Of a stretch of DNA of 64,000 bases, positions 17,726-27,351 are shown piece after piece (position 1 is the first letter of the stretch; every line of letters begins with the position of its first letter). A program made the position numbers and the translations under genes. The notes under the pieces were generated by a model, which was not told the origin of the DNA, ran no database searches, and saw nothing but the letters and a program-made list of their open reading frames with translations. Source of the DNA: Candidatus Gastranaerophilales bacterium (lineage in GTDB: Bacteria; Cyanobacteriota; Vampirovibrionia; Gastranaerophilales; Gastranaerophilaceae); the NCBI GenBank assembly GCA_947624325.1, contig CANQJT010000006.1:34147-98146 (forward strand), written 5' to 3'.

Positions 17726-18280
17726 ATGAAAAAAATCTATTTTTTATTTTTATCATTTGTTTGCTTAAGCTGTTTATCAGTATTTGCAGACAGTCCCTGC
17801 GACAATGAAATGCCGCAAAAAGCAAAATCTAATTGCTCACCTTGTCAAAAACAGTATAAATACTATACTTATGCGCCTGTTAAAACACAGCCTTGCCAAA
17901 AGCCTTGTGAAAAAATGTACAATCCACCGCCTACACCTTGTTTTGACACCTGTTCTTCAAGTTTTTTATGCACTAAAAGAGACATGAACTCATTATTCAG
18001 ATGTATGAATTTAAGTGAAACTCAAATATGCAATGCTCAAAAAATCCAAAATAAATATGAACAAGAAGTTTTAAGCTTAAATGAAAGAATTAAATGTGAA
18101 AATGAAAAATATTATGAATTAAAAAACAATTGTTCAAAAAACAGTGAACTAAGAAAACAAAAAAGATTAATTAAAAAATTAGAGAAAAAAAGAAAAGAAA
18201 TTTGCAAATGTTATGAAAAGCAATTTGAGGTTACACTTTCAAGCATGCAAAGAAAAGCTTACAGAAAAGCAAAAAAATAA
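17726..18280 (+). CDS. secreted Cys/Pro-rich protein with Spy/CpxP-like LTxxQ-type C-terminal half
   Basis: Signal peptide MKKIYFLFLSFVCLSCLSVFA, about 10 Cys in residues 25-85, then LSETQ...KIQNKYEQE and LSSMQRKAY helices resembling LTXXQ motifs. Confidence 0.4.
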   Translation: MKKIYFLFLSFVCLSCLSVFADSPCDNEMPQKAKSNCSPCQKQYKYYTYAPVKTQPCQKPCEKMYNPPPTPCFDTCSSSFLCTKRDMNSLFRCMNLSETQICNAQKIQNKYEQEVLSLNERIKCENEKYYELKNNCSKNSELRKQKRLIKKLEKKRKEICKCYEKQFEVTLSSMQRKAYRKAKK

Positions 18281-18302
18281 AATATTTGATAATCGAATTA
18301 CG

Positions 18303-18329
18303 GCGCACATATAATATGTGCGCTTATTT
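18303..18329 (+). terminator. terminator
   Basis: GCGCACATAT-A-ATATGTGCGC followed by TTATTT. Confidence 0.6.
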
Positions 18330-18419
18330 GTTAAAAATAATCCAAACAAACGGTTTACTTTGAAAAAAAAATAATTAATATATAATTACGGGTAATTATA
18401 AATATAAGGAGTCATAACA

Positions 18420-18986
18420 ATGACGATATTAAACGGACAATCATTATTGGCAAGTGCAATGGCAGGATTAACCAATACTTATTCAACATTAATGAGTGCA
18501 CACAGTTCCTCCGGTAAAGGTTTAACCTTAGAAGATTTATCTAATGTTTCATCAAATACATTAATGAGTTTAGGGTCTAATTATTCCTTTTTACAGTATT
18601 TAACGACTAATTTCGCATCTTTGGATAAAGACGGAGATGGCGAAATAACAAGTAATGACCTTAATAATATTATGAACACCATGCAGTCTAAAGGTTTAAC
18701 TTATAATGAAATTCAATCTCTTTGCACAACAGGTAATGGGGATACTTCGTTATTATCAACGGTTTTAACATATTTCAACAAAATAGATGCCAACGGTGAC
18801 GGAAGAGTTACCAGTGATGAAATAACAAAATTCAGTTATGATTGCCAAAGGTATGATGTAGAAGCAAAATATAAATCTTTTAAAGCATCTTCTGCAAGTT
18901 TATATTACAGTGAAGGAGTTGAAGATGATACCTCAAGTGTATTAGACAGTCTTCAACCTAATATAACATCAAAATCAAACTCATAG
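18420..18986 (+). CDS. EF-hand pair calcium-binding protein
   Basis: Two canonical 12-residue loops, DKDGDGEITSND and DANGDGRVTSDE. No signal peptide seen. Confidence 0.65.
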   Translation: MTILNGQSLLASAMAGLTNTYSTLMSAHSSSGKGLTLEDLSNVSSNTLMSLGSNYSFLQYLTTNFASLDKDGDGEITSNDLNNIMNTMQSKGLTYNEIQSLCTTGNGDTSLLSTVLTYFNKIDANGDGRVTSDEITKFSYDCQRYDVEAKYKSFKASSASLYYSEGVEDDTSSVLDSLQPNITSKSNS

Positions 18987-19005
18987 ATTTATAATAAAAA
19001 TAAAA

Positions 19006-19040
19006 AGATGGGTTAGCAATGTTTAACCCATCTTTTTATT
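19006..19040 (+). terminator. terminator
   Basis: AGATGGGTTA-loop-TAACCCATCT followed by T5. Confidence 0.7.
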
Positions 19041-19088
19041 TTTGTTAAATTCTTTTATAATCAAATATTTAAGATTATTATAATATAT

Positions 19089-21137
19089 ATGATAAAAAGG
19101 TTTATAATATTCATTTTAATCTATATTTTATCGGTTATTAATATACAAAGTTATAGCCTAATTTCCCGTGCCGAAGATTTAATTCCTCCGCCCGTGCAGG
19201 AACCCCAACAAATAATTAATCCGCTTAAAATAAACAGTATAAATTTTGATAATTCTGATTCCATAATATTTTTGGGAACTTCTGGTTTAAATCAAGAAGA
19301 TAATATCAAGATTACAAAACAAGTACTTAGTGAACCAAACAGGATATTTTTTGATATTGAAAATGCAATTATTACATTTCAGAATTCTTCATTTGAACTA
19401 AAAAACAGCAGATTAACTCAGTTAAAAATTGCACAAAATTCAACCAATCCGAATGTTGTAAGAATTGTAATCTGGAATGCACAAAATTATGATGCATCAA
19501 AAATTAAAATTTTAAGAATAAAAAATAATATTATTATAAAACTTAGCAACGAAACTCCTATTCAACCGTATTTAAGTCAAATATATAAAGAAACCAAAGG
19601 AAGTGCGGTTGAATATAATGATAAAGCAGTTGTAATACCTGAAGAGAAAGCAATTGCGCAAGATGAGATATTTAACAGAGTACAAGAAGCTTTTAAAGCA
19701 GATGACAGCCAGCTTGTAAGACCGAATATAGAACAAAAACAAGCAAAATTAAAATCAAGATTTTTTCTTGAACAAGCAGAGTCCAAAGGCGGTAATTTAT
19801 TTTTATCAGGTATCGGTGTTGTAAATACCGAAAAGCCTTTTATATTAACTGAACCTTCCAGAATTGTTTTTGATTTGCCTAATACTATTGTCAAACAAGA
19901 ACTTAGAGATAAAGAAATTAAACTTAATGATACAGATATAGCGAAAATCGGACAATTTGAACCTTCAAAAGCAAGAATTGTTATTAATACTAATAATATC
20001 CAAAAATATATTCCTATTTATTCGTCAAATCTTCAAACATTAATTATTGCCGGTAATTTATCTTATTTACAAATTTTAGATTCACTTTCGGAACTCACAT
20101 ATTTTAAAGAACAGAATGTAAACAGTTCTACTGATGTTATAAATATAATGTTTTCTAATCCTATTACATACTCAATACAAAGAGCACAAAACAAGTTAAA
20201 TATCATTATTTATAATTTAACAAACTTTGACCCGGCATCGTTTAATTCCGTAGCAATAACAAATAAGACAGGATTTGAAGCAAAGCAATTAAATCCGAAT
20301 ACATACAAAATATCACTTCCCGTTAATTCAAATACACTTGCAGATTGCTATGAAACATTAAACGCAACTCAATTAAGGATTGTTCTTACTCATCTTGAAC
20401 CAACGGCTATAACGAGTCAAAATACACTTCCGATTATACCTCCGGTTAGAGAACAAACTCAACCAAGCAAAACACAAGTTGATAAAGACAGTCCGTTTGC
20501 GGATTTAATGGAACGGTCTAAAAATAAACAGGCAAGACAGCCTGTTAAAAAGAAAAATCCGAAGAAAAAAATGCCTTCCGTTGCCAAAATAAAAAACAAG
20601 GTAATTATTATAGACCCCGGTCATGGCGGTAATGATACAGGCGCAATGCGAGGAAAAATCTTAGAAAAAAATATCACTCTTGAAATAGCGCTTAAAGTAA
20701 GAAATATCTTACAAGAATACGGATTTAATAAAGTAATAATGACAAGAAGCGGTGATACAACAATATCGCTTGCAGACAGAGTTTTAACCGCAAATTCAAA
20801 AAATGCCGATATTTATGTAAGTATTCATATAAATGCCAGTGTAAAAAGCGAAATAAAAGGAGTTGAAACCCACTATTTCACTGATAGGGGATTAGAAGTA
20901 GCTAAGGTTATTCATAAAAAATTAATGGAAAATATTGATGCAGAAGACAGAGGCTTGTTTAAGTCCAAATTTTATGTTATAAATCACACAGAAGCACCTG
21001 CCGTACTACTGGAATTAGGATTTATTTCTAATGAACAGGAAAGAAATTCTTTAATATCCGAAAAAAGACAAAAAGAGTCTGCGCAGGCTATTGCGGAAGG
21101 AATTATTAATTATTTACTGGAGCATAAAAATGACTAA
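19089..21137 (+). CDS. amiC: N-acetylmuramoyl-L-alanine amidase (Amidase_3) with N-terminal AMIN-like repeats
   Basis: C-terminal IIDPGHGGNDTGA...ADIYVSIHINAS...APAVLLELGFISN. N-terminal repeats RIFFDIENA / RIVFDLPNT with ...RIVIWN / RIVINT resemble AMIN domains. Confidence 0.8.
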   Translation: MIKRFIIFILIYILSVINIQSYSLISRAEDLIPPPVQEPQQIINPLKINSINFDNSDSIIFLGTSGLNQEDNIKITKQVLSEPNRIFFDIENAIITFQNSSFELKNSRLTQLKIAQNSTNPNVVRIVIWNAQNYDASKIKILRIKNNIIIKLSNETPIQPYLSQIYKETKGSAVEYNDKAVVIPEEKAIAQDEIFNRVQEAFKADDSQLVRPNIEQKQAKLKSRFFLEQAESKGGNLFLSGIGVVNTEKPFILTEPSRIVFDLPNTIVKQELRDKEIKLNDTDIAKIGQFEPSKARIVINTNNIQKYIPIYSSNLQTLIIAGNLSYLQILDSLSELTYFKEQNVNSSTDVINIMFSNPITYSIQRAQNKLNIIIYNLTNFDPASFNSVAITNKTGFEAKQLNPNTYKISLPVNSNTLADCYETLNATQLRIVLTHLEPTAITSQNTLPIIPPVREQTQPSKTQVDKDSPFADLMERSKNKQARQPVKKKNPKKKMPSVAKIKNKVIIIDPGHGGNDTGAMRGKILEKNITLEIALKVRNILQEYGFNKVIMTRSGDTTISLADRVLTANSKNADIYVSIHINASVKSEIKGVETHYFTDRGLEVAKVIHKKLMENIDAEDRGLFKSKFYVINHTEAPAVLLELGFISNEQERNSLISEKRQKESAQAIAEGIINYLLEHKND

Positions 21138-21930
21138 CAAACCGATAGGTGTATTTGATTCAGGGGTAGGAGGACTTAGTGTTTTCTCCGAGCTTTATAA
21201 ACTTTTGCCCGATGAAAATTATATCTATTTCGGTGATACAATTAATCTGCCATATGGAAGCAAAACTAAAGAAGAACTTATTAAAATAACGGATAATATT
21301 TTTGATTTTTTTAAAAGCCAAAATATAAAAGCTGTTGTAATGGCTTGTAATACCACATCAGCTGCAGCTTATGAGACATTAAAAGACAAATATAATTTTA
21401 AAATATACCCCATTGTTCAAACTGTTTCAAAGGAAATAGCAGTTAAAAATTATAAAAGAGTAGGTGTGTTTGCAACTCAAGCTACAATAAATTCTCATGC
21501 TTATAAAAAAGAAATCCAAAAATATAATCCGAATTGCGAGGTATATGAACATGCATGCCCGAAATGGGTTAATATTGTTGAAAATGAACTTCAAAACGAC
21601 CCTGAAAGCATTAATAATATTAAAATTCAACTTAATCTAATGCTTAAAAACGATATTGAAAAAATTATCTTAGGATGTACTCACTATCCTTATTTAATAA
21701 GTATTTTAAAACAATATGCTCCTGAAGAGTTATTTATTAATCCTGCTAAAGACTTTGCGAGGAACATAGTTTCCGATTTAAAGGCAAATAACCTTATTTC
21801 CGGAAAGAAAGATTATGAACCGATATTTTATGTAAGTTCTAATCCAAATCAATTTATAAGTGCATCAAAGCTTTTTTATAATGTAGAGCAAGCTCGGGAA
21901 ATCGATATTTCAAAATCTTTAATAAAATAA
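21130..21930 (+). CDS. murI: glutamate racemase
   Basis: PIGVFDSGVGGLSV, VMACNTTSA and ILGCTHYP motifs. I prefer ATG at 21130, which overlaps the amidase stop (ATGACTAA), over the track start at 21091. Confidence 0.9.
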   Translation: MTNKPIGVFDSGVGGLSVFSELYKLLPDENYIYFGDTINLPYGSKTKEELIKITDNIFDFFKSQNIKAVVMACNTTSAAAYETLKDKYNFKIYPIVQTVSKEIAVKNYKRVGVFATQATINSHAYKKEIQKYNPNCEVYEHACPKWVNIVENELQNDPESINNIKIQLNLMLKNDIEKIILGCTHYPYLISILKQYAPEELFINPAKDFARNIVSDLKANNLISGKKDYEPIFYVSSNPNQFISASKLFYNVEQAREIDISKSLIK

Positions 21931-22007
21931 TAAATTTTGTAAAAATAGAAATCCGATTATTAAAAAAGAGGATTTGATTTATAAAAAAATATCATTAAAT
22001 AAATAAT

Positions 22008-22505
22008 ATGAGAAAGATATTATTTAGTTTACTGAGTTTAATATGTATAAGTATATTACCTTGTTTTTCGCAGGTAATAGAAGGAAATGTAAGTATGTCC
22101 GACAGAGTTCCGACAGAATTTTTTGGGGACTGGCGAGTAGACTCCGTATGTACAAAATCAACCAATACACACTATTTTGATGCAACAAGTATGGATATAT
22201 GGACACTGTCAAGGCAAGGCGACGTTATAACATTAATGAATCCGCTATCTGGTGCAAAAGCAGAAATAACGGTAAATGATGTTAAAGGTAAAACAGTCAA
22301 ATTTGAAAAAAGAACTAATTATCCTGATGAAGAATCGCTTGAAACACCTATTTTGACAATAAACGGCGATAATTTTACGGGAGTTGACAGAATCAGCATA
22401 AAAACATTTAAAGACGGGAAACTTATTAAAGAAGATTACGTCGAATATCAAGTAAAAGGCACAAAAATATCAGGTTCCCCCGTTTCGGGGATTTTAGGAA
22501 TATAA
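22008..22505 (+). CDS. secreted hypothetical protein
   Basis: 165 aa with a signal peptide (MRKILFSLLSLICISILPCFSQ). No recognisable motif. Confidence 0.5.
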   Translation: MRKILFSLLSLICISILPCFSQVIEGNVSMSDRVPTEFFGDWRVDSVCTKSTNTHYFDATSMDIWTLSRQGDVITLMNPLSGAKAEITVNDVKGKTVKFEKRTNYPDEESLETPILTINGDNFTGVDRISIKTFKDGKLIKEDYVEYQVKGTKISGSPVSGILGI

Positions 22506-22524
22506 TTAGTAAGGGTGAGGGAAG

Positions 22525-23472
22525 ATGACAGATAAAAAAATATTAAATTATGACGTGGTAATTTTAGGCTCCGGGCCTGCAGGGTTTTCATCTGCCATAT
22601 ATTCCGCAAGAGGAAATCTAAAAACTGCAATTTTAGACATAAATATGTTCGGCGGTCAGCCTTCAAATTATCTTGAAATAGAAAATTATCCCGGGTTTCC
22701 TGTTATAAGCGGATTTGAGCTTATGCAAAAATTTGAAGAACATGCGGATAAATTCGGCATAGATAAATATCCTATGGCGGAAATATTAAAAATTAATTTA
22801 ATATCTGAGATAAAAGAAATTGAAACGGCAGATACCATTTTTAAAGCTAAAGCAATTATAATAGCAACCGGAGCTCAGGCAAAAAAATTGAACATAAAAG
22901 GAGAATCAGAATTTATTGGCAGAGGTGTAAGCTACTGTGCAGTTTGTGACGGAGCTTTTTATAAAGATAAAATCCTTGCTGTTGTAGGCGGAGGAAACTC
23001 TGCTTTAGAAGAGGCAATGTATCTGACTAAGTTTGCAAAAAAAGTTTATATAATACACAGAAGAGAAACCTTTAGAGCCGATAAAATTATTTGTCAAAGA
23101 ACCTGCACAAACAAAAAAATTGAATTTATTATGTGTGCTCAGCCGATTGAAATAACAGGTAATAAATGTGTTGAAAAATTAATTTTAAAAGATTTAAAAA
23201 ATAATAAAAATATAGACTTATGTCTTGACGGAGTTTTCCCGTATATCGGATGTACTCCGAATATTGATAAATTTATCGGTCAGATTAAACAAAATGCCGA
23301 CGGATATATTGAAACGGATATAAATATGCAGACATCTGTTGAAGGAGTTTTTGCGGCAGGTGATGTTAGAAATACCCCTTTAAGACAAGTTATAACAGCC
23401 GCTTCAGATGGAGCCGTTGCAGCAAACAGTGCCGCAAGATACATTGAAATATTAACTCAAGTTACGGCATAA
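22525..23472 (+). CDS. trxB: thioredoxin-disulfide reductase
   Basis: VVILGSGPAG, redox-active CAVCDG, GGGNSALEEA and GVFAAGDV motifs. Confidence 0.93.
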   Translation: MTDKKILNYDVVILGSGPAGFSSAIYSARGNLKTAILDINMFGGQPSNYLEIENYPGFPVISGFELMQKFEEHADKFGIDKYPMAEILKINLISEIKEIETADTIFKAKAIIIATGAQAKKLNIKGESEFIGRGVSYCAVCDGAFYKDKILAVVGGGNSALEEAMYLTKFAKKVYIIHRRETFRADKIICQRTCTNKKIEFIMCAQPIEITGNKCVEKLILKDLKNNKNIDLCLDGVFPYIGCTPNIDKFIGQIKQNADGYIETDINMQTSVEGVFAAGDVRNTPLRQVITAASDGAVAANSAARYIEILTQVTA

Positions 23473-23550
23473 ATTGTCCGAACAAAAATCTTTCATTTCT
23501 AATAGCAAATTACACTCGAACAATTTTTTTGATTATGTTATTATACTTAT

Positions 23551-24558
23551 ATGAGTTTTAATAACATTAATAAAATTCTTATTATAAGGTTGGGAGCAAT
23601 AGGCGATGTAGTTCACACTACAAGTCTTTTTCGGGCAATAAAAAAATTTAACCCGAATATTGAAATACATTATCTTACAAATAAATTAACAGAACCAATA
23701 TTAATTTCAGACCCCGATTTAAATAAGGTAATTCCGGTAAAAGAAAAATTACGGCTATTTTCAGACTATACAAAAGAACTTGCCAAAACATTAAAAAAAG
23801 AACAATATGATTTGGCAATAAACCTTCAGCCGTCTTTAAAAATCAAATTATTATTATTTTTTGCAGGCATAAAAAAACAGCTTATTTATAAAAAAACATT
23901 TAAGCTTCATGCCGTAAAAAACTTCTGGCAGACGGGACTTAAGGTATTTCCGGAGTTGAAGGAAGAAAAAGAACTAAAATTATATATACCATCTGATGCA
24001 TCTGCCAAAGCAAAAGAAAAAACGAAAAATTTAAAACATCCCATTATTATAATTAATGCAGGCGGTGTATTTTCTAAAAGGCAGGGAAGAACTTATCCGA
24101 CAGACAAATGGCTTGAACTCGGAAAAAAAATTATTGATAAAATCGGCGGTACAATAATTTTAACGGGAGTAAATGAAGATAAAGAAATTCTTTTAGATTT
24201 AAATCAAATTCCCGGCTCCGTTAACCTTATAGGTGAACTTCCGCTTATTGATTCCTGTGCGGTAATATCTCAAGCAGATTTAATGCTTTCAGGGGACTCT
24301 GGTCCGCTTCACATAGCAACTGCTTTAGGGGTAAAATCCATAGGTTTATATGGTTCCATGCCTGTAAACAGAACCGGATGCTGGTGTAACGGAATAAATA
24401 TCGTTTCTTCTAAGAAATGTGTACCTTGCAACAGAAGAAAATGCAAATATTTAAAAAAATCCAAAAAACTTTTTGCTCCTTGTATGGAAGAGATTTCTAC
24501 AGAAACAATTATTAATACAATTGTAAAGATTTTAACGGGGGCAAAAAATGAAATTTAA
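23551..24558 (+). CDS. glycosyltransferase family 9 (LPS heptosyltransferase-like)
   Basis: ILIIRLGAIGDVVHTTSLFRAIKK N-terminus and GDSGPLHIATALG near the C-terminus are typical of GT9. Confidence 0.75.
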   Translation: MSFNNINKILIIRLGAIGDVVHTTSLFRAIKKFNPNIEIHYLTNKLTEPILISDPDLNKVIPVKEKLRLFSDYTKELAKTLKKEQYDLAINLQPSLKIKLLLFFAGIKKQLIYKKTFKLHAVKNFWQTGLKVFPELKEEKELKLYIPSDASAKAKEKTKNLKHPIIIINAGGVFSKRQGRTYPTDKWLELGKKIIDKIGGTIILTGVNEDKEILLDLNQIPGSVNLIGELPLIDSCAVISQADLMLSGDSGPLHIATALGVKSIGLYGSMPVNRTGCWCNGINIVSSKKCVPCNRRKCKYLKKSKKLFAPCMEEISTETIINTIVKILTGAKNEI

Positions 24559-25708
24559 AAGTAACACCCCTATATCAGATATTATTTTTGCCGCAATATT
24601 TTTTATATTATTATTTATTCCTATGCTTAAAATTGACCAATCAATAAATGCACCCGAAGAAAATAAAACCCTCGCTTCTTTTAAACCTTTAATTAACAGC
24701 AATAAGACAATAAATTATACTTTCGGCTTAGATTTTAATTCTTGGTTCAGTGACAGATTTTTCTTAAGAAAAAAAATGATAGCTATGTATAATTACCTTC
24801 ATTATGTTTTTTTCAAAAAAAATGATCAAGGTATATTTGACAAAGATAATGGTTGCTTTTATTTTGATTTTGAATTTAATCATTTTTTCTTTGCTCATAT
24901 TTATAAAGAATTTGAAAATTTATTTAAATTAAACGACTTTTGTAAAGAAAACAATATTAATTTGTATATTATAATGACACCCCAAAGACCTGATATCTAT
25001 CCGATTAAAAATAATCCGATATATAAAAATTACTCTAACAAAAAATTTATCAAATATATAAAATCAGTTGCTATAGATAAAAACCTTAAAATAATTTTCC
25101 CTTATGAAGAGATTAAAAAAGCATCAAAAAAACAAATTATGTATTATAAAATAGATTATCATTGGACAGACGATGCGGCATTTATTGCTTATAAAGAAAT
25201 TATGAAATTAATTAAAAAAGATTACCCTTTTGTAAAAATATTAAATGAAAATGATTTCGATTATTTTTATGATACAAAATTAAGAATAAACTATAATCAA
25301 TTAAAAGAATACGGCACTGTATTTAATCCTGTAGGAGTGTCAAAAAAAGATTTAAAAAACTTCAACAATGTTAAGTACAAATACTATAAACATAAAAATA
25401 TTGATAAATTACAAGATACATACATTGATGAAATGTATAAACGATTAAATTACTATTACTATCCTGAAGGAGCAGACTTAAGAGCAGCTCTTGTCGGCCC
25501 CAGTACGATTGAAGCTTTAAGTCATTCAATTCCGTTTACCTTTAAAAATGTATTAAAAGTTCGAACGAATGCTGTTAAAGGTATAAATGATTATAAATTA
25601 ATGAAACATTATAAAAAAATAATAATGGATTATAAGCCTGAAATATTAATTTTATGTGTTCCATACCAATCATTATATACATTTGAAGAATATTTTGCGG
25701 AGGAGTAA
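24548..25708 (+). CDS. DHHW/AlgJ-AlgX-like SGNH-fold protein (partner of MBOAT)
   Basis: N-terminal TM anchor, a KIDYHWTDDAAF motif (DxHW) and a position immediately upstream of an MBOAT gene. Confidence 0.65.
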   Translation: MKFKSNTPISDIIFAAIFFILLFIPMLKIDQSINAPEENKTLASFKPLINSNKTINYTFGLDFNSWFSDRFFLRKKMIAMYNYLHYVFFKKNDQGIFDKDNGCFYFDFEFNHFFFAHIYKEFENLFKLNDFCKENNINLYIIMTPQRPDIYPIKNNPIYKNYSNKKFIKYIKSVAIDKNLKIIFPYEEIKKASKKQIMYYKIDYHWTDDAAFIAYKEIMKLIKKDYPFVKILNENDFDYFYDTKLRINYNQLKEYGTVFNPVGVSKKDLKNFNNVKYKYYKHKNIDKLQDTYIDEMYKRLNYYYYPEGADLRAALVGPSTIEALSHSIPFTFKNVLKVRTNAVKGINDYKLMKHYKKIIMDYKPEILILCVPYQSLYTFEEYFAEE

Positions 25709-25710
25709 TT

Positions 25711-27126
25711 ATGCTATTTTCATCAATGACATTTATATATATTTTCCTCCCGATTGTACTTATTTTGTATTTTTCTTCAAATAAAAAATATCATAATATG
25801 ATACTGCTTATATCCAGCATAATTTTTTATGCATTGGGAGCATTAAAATATATACCTCTATTGTTCGGAATAATTTTTATAAATTATATAGGTGCATTAG
25901 CAATACAAAAATATGAAAAGTATAAAAAACTAATGTTGTTATTAACAATAACAATAAATCTGAGTTCTTTAATATATTTTAAATATTTTAATTTCATAAT
26001 AGATAATATTAATCATATTTTAAAATCAGATATAAGCTTTCCTGAAATAATACTGCCTATTGGAATTTCATTTTATACATTTCAGGCAATGTCATATATC
26101 ATCGATGTATACAGAGGTGAAGTTAAAGCACAAAAGAACTTATATAATATTGCATTATATATATGTTTATTTCCTCAGCTTGTTGCAGGTCCTATTATAA
26201 AATATCATGACATATCGGATCAAATAAAATCAAGGGAAATTAATCCCGATAATATTGTATTAGGTATTAAAAGATTTATAATAGGGCTCTCTAAAAAGAT
26301 GCTTATTGCAAACTTTTTAGGAATAACAGCAACTAAAGTATTTTCACAAGATCCATATACAGTCAGTCATTTTCAGGCATGGATAGGCGGAATATGTTAC
26401 GGTTTTCAAATATATTTTGATTTTTCGGGATATTCGGATATGGCAATCGGCTTGGGATTAATTTTCGGTTTTAAATTTATGGAAAACTTTAATTATCCTT
26501 ATATTTCAAGGTCGATGTCCGATTTTTGGCGCAGATGGAATATTTCATTATGTTCCTGGTTTAAATCATATGTATATATACCATTAGGCGGAAGCAGACT
26601 CGGTAAATTGAAAACTATCCGCAATTTATTAGTTGTATTCTTTTTAACCGGTCTATGGCACGGTACTAATTGGATTTTTATTATTTGGGGGTTATGGAAC
26701 GGTTTATTTGTTATTCTGGAAAAAATTATTAATCTTAAAAAAATCGAAGAAAAATATACTCAGTGGTGGGTTAAATTACTTCAACACTGCTATTTTTTAC
26801 TAATTATAATCATTGCCACGGTTATTTTCCGCTCTAACGGACATGATATTGATTACACAATCTCATATATTAAAAATATGTTCGGTTTAATACAAACAGA
26901 TACAAGTGCAATGGTATTTTCAACATATTATTACCTTGGTACAAAGGAAATAGTTATTTTAATAATTGCAACTTTATGTTCAACTCCATTATTTAAAAAT
27001 ATTACAAATGTGAAAAATAAAGTCTTAAGAATATTTGCAAATTTATGGATTTTAATATTGTTTATCCTGTCAACAATTTCAATAGCAGCAACAACTTATA
27101 ATCCGTTTATTTATTTTAGATTTTAA
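25711..27126 (+). CDS. MBOAT-family membrane O-acyltransferase (AlgI/DltB-like)
   Basis: ISFYTFQAMSYIIDVYRG, FWRRWNISL and TGLWHG (catalytic His) motifs, with about 10 TM segments. Confidence 0.85.
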   Translation: MLFSSMTFIYIFLPIVLILYFSSNKKYHNMILLISSIIFYALGALKYIPLLFGIIFINYIGALAIQKYEKYKKLMLLLTITINLSSLIYFKYFNFIIDNINHILKSDISFPEIILPIGISFYTFQAMSYIIDVYRGEVKAQKNLYNIALYICLFPQLVAGPIIKYHDISDQIKSREINPDNIVLGIKRFIIGLSKKMLIANFLGITATKVFSQDPYTVSHFQAWIGGICYGFQIYFDFSGYSDMAIGLGLIFGFKFMENFNYPYISRSMSDFWRRWNISLCSWFKSYVYIPLGGSRLGKLKTIRNLLVVFFLTGLWHGTNWIFIIWGLWNGLFVILEKIINLKKIEEKYTQWWVKLLQHCYFLLIIIIATVIFRSNGHDIDYTISYIKNMFGLIQTDTSAMVFSTYYYLGTKEIVILIIATLCSTPLFKNITNVKNKVLRIFANLWILILFILSTISIAATTYNPFIYFRF

Positions 27127-27174
27127 CAAAATAATATAATCTAGTGTCGCACTTTACCGCAGACTCTTTAAAAC

Positions 27175-27251
27175 TGGGGCGGACAGTGGGATTCGAACCC
27201 ACGCATAATGGAACCACAATCCATGGTCTTAACCGCTTGACGATGCCCGCC
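27175..27251 (-). tRNA. tRNA-His (anticodon GTG), with encoded G-1 and CCA
   Basis: The minus strand reads GGCGGGCATCGTCAAGCGGTTAAGACCATGGATTGTGGTTCCATTATGCGTGGGTTCGAATCCCACTGTCCGCCCCA. The cloverleaf folds by hand: anticodon stem ATGGA/TCCAT with loop TTGTGGT, T-arm GTGGG-TTCGAAT-CCCAC, and G-1 opposite C73. Confidence 0.9.
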
Positions 27252-27263
27252 ATTTGTATAAGC

Positions 27264-27292
27264 AATATAAAACAAACATACCTTTTTTTCAA
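27264..27292 (-). promoter_or_regulatory. candidate sigma-70-type promoter for tRNA-His
   Basis: The minus strand reads TTGAAA-17 nt-TATATT, with the -10 ending 12 nt before the tRNA 5-prime end. AT-rich context, so this could be chance. Confidence 0.35.
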
Positions 27293-27304
27293 CTTTTTTA
27301 TTCT

Positions 27305-27338
27305 TAAAAAAGAGCCTGTTATTCAGGCTCTTTTTTTT
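27305..27338 (-). terminator. glnA terminator (bidirectional shape)
   Basis: AGAGCCTG-TTATT-CAGGCTCT flanked by A6 and T8, 14 nt after the glnA stop. Confidence 0.8.
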
Positions 27339-27351
27339 ATGAATACAAGAA

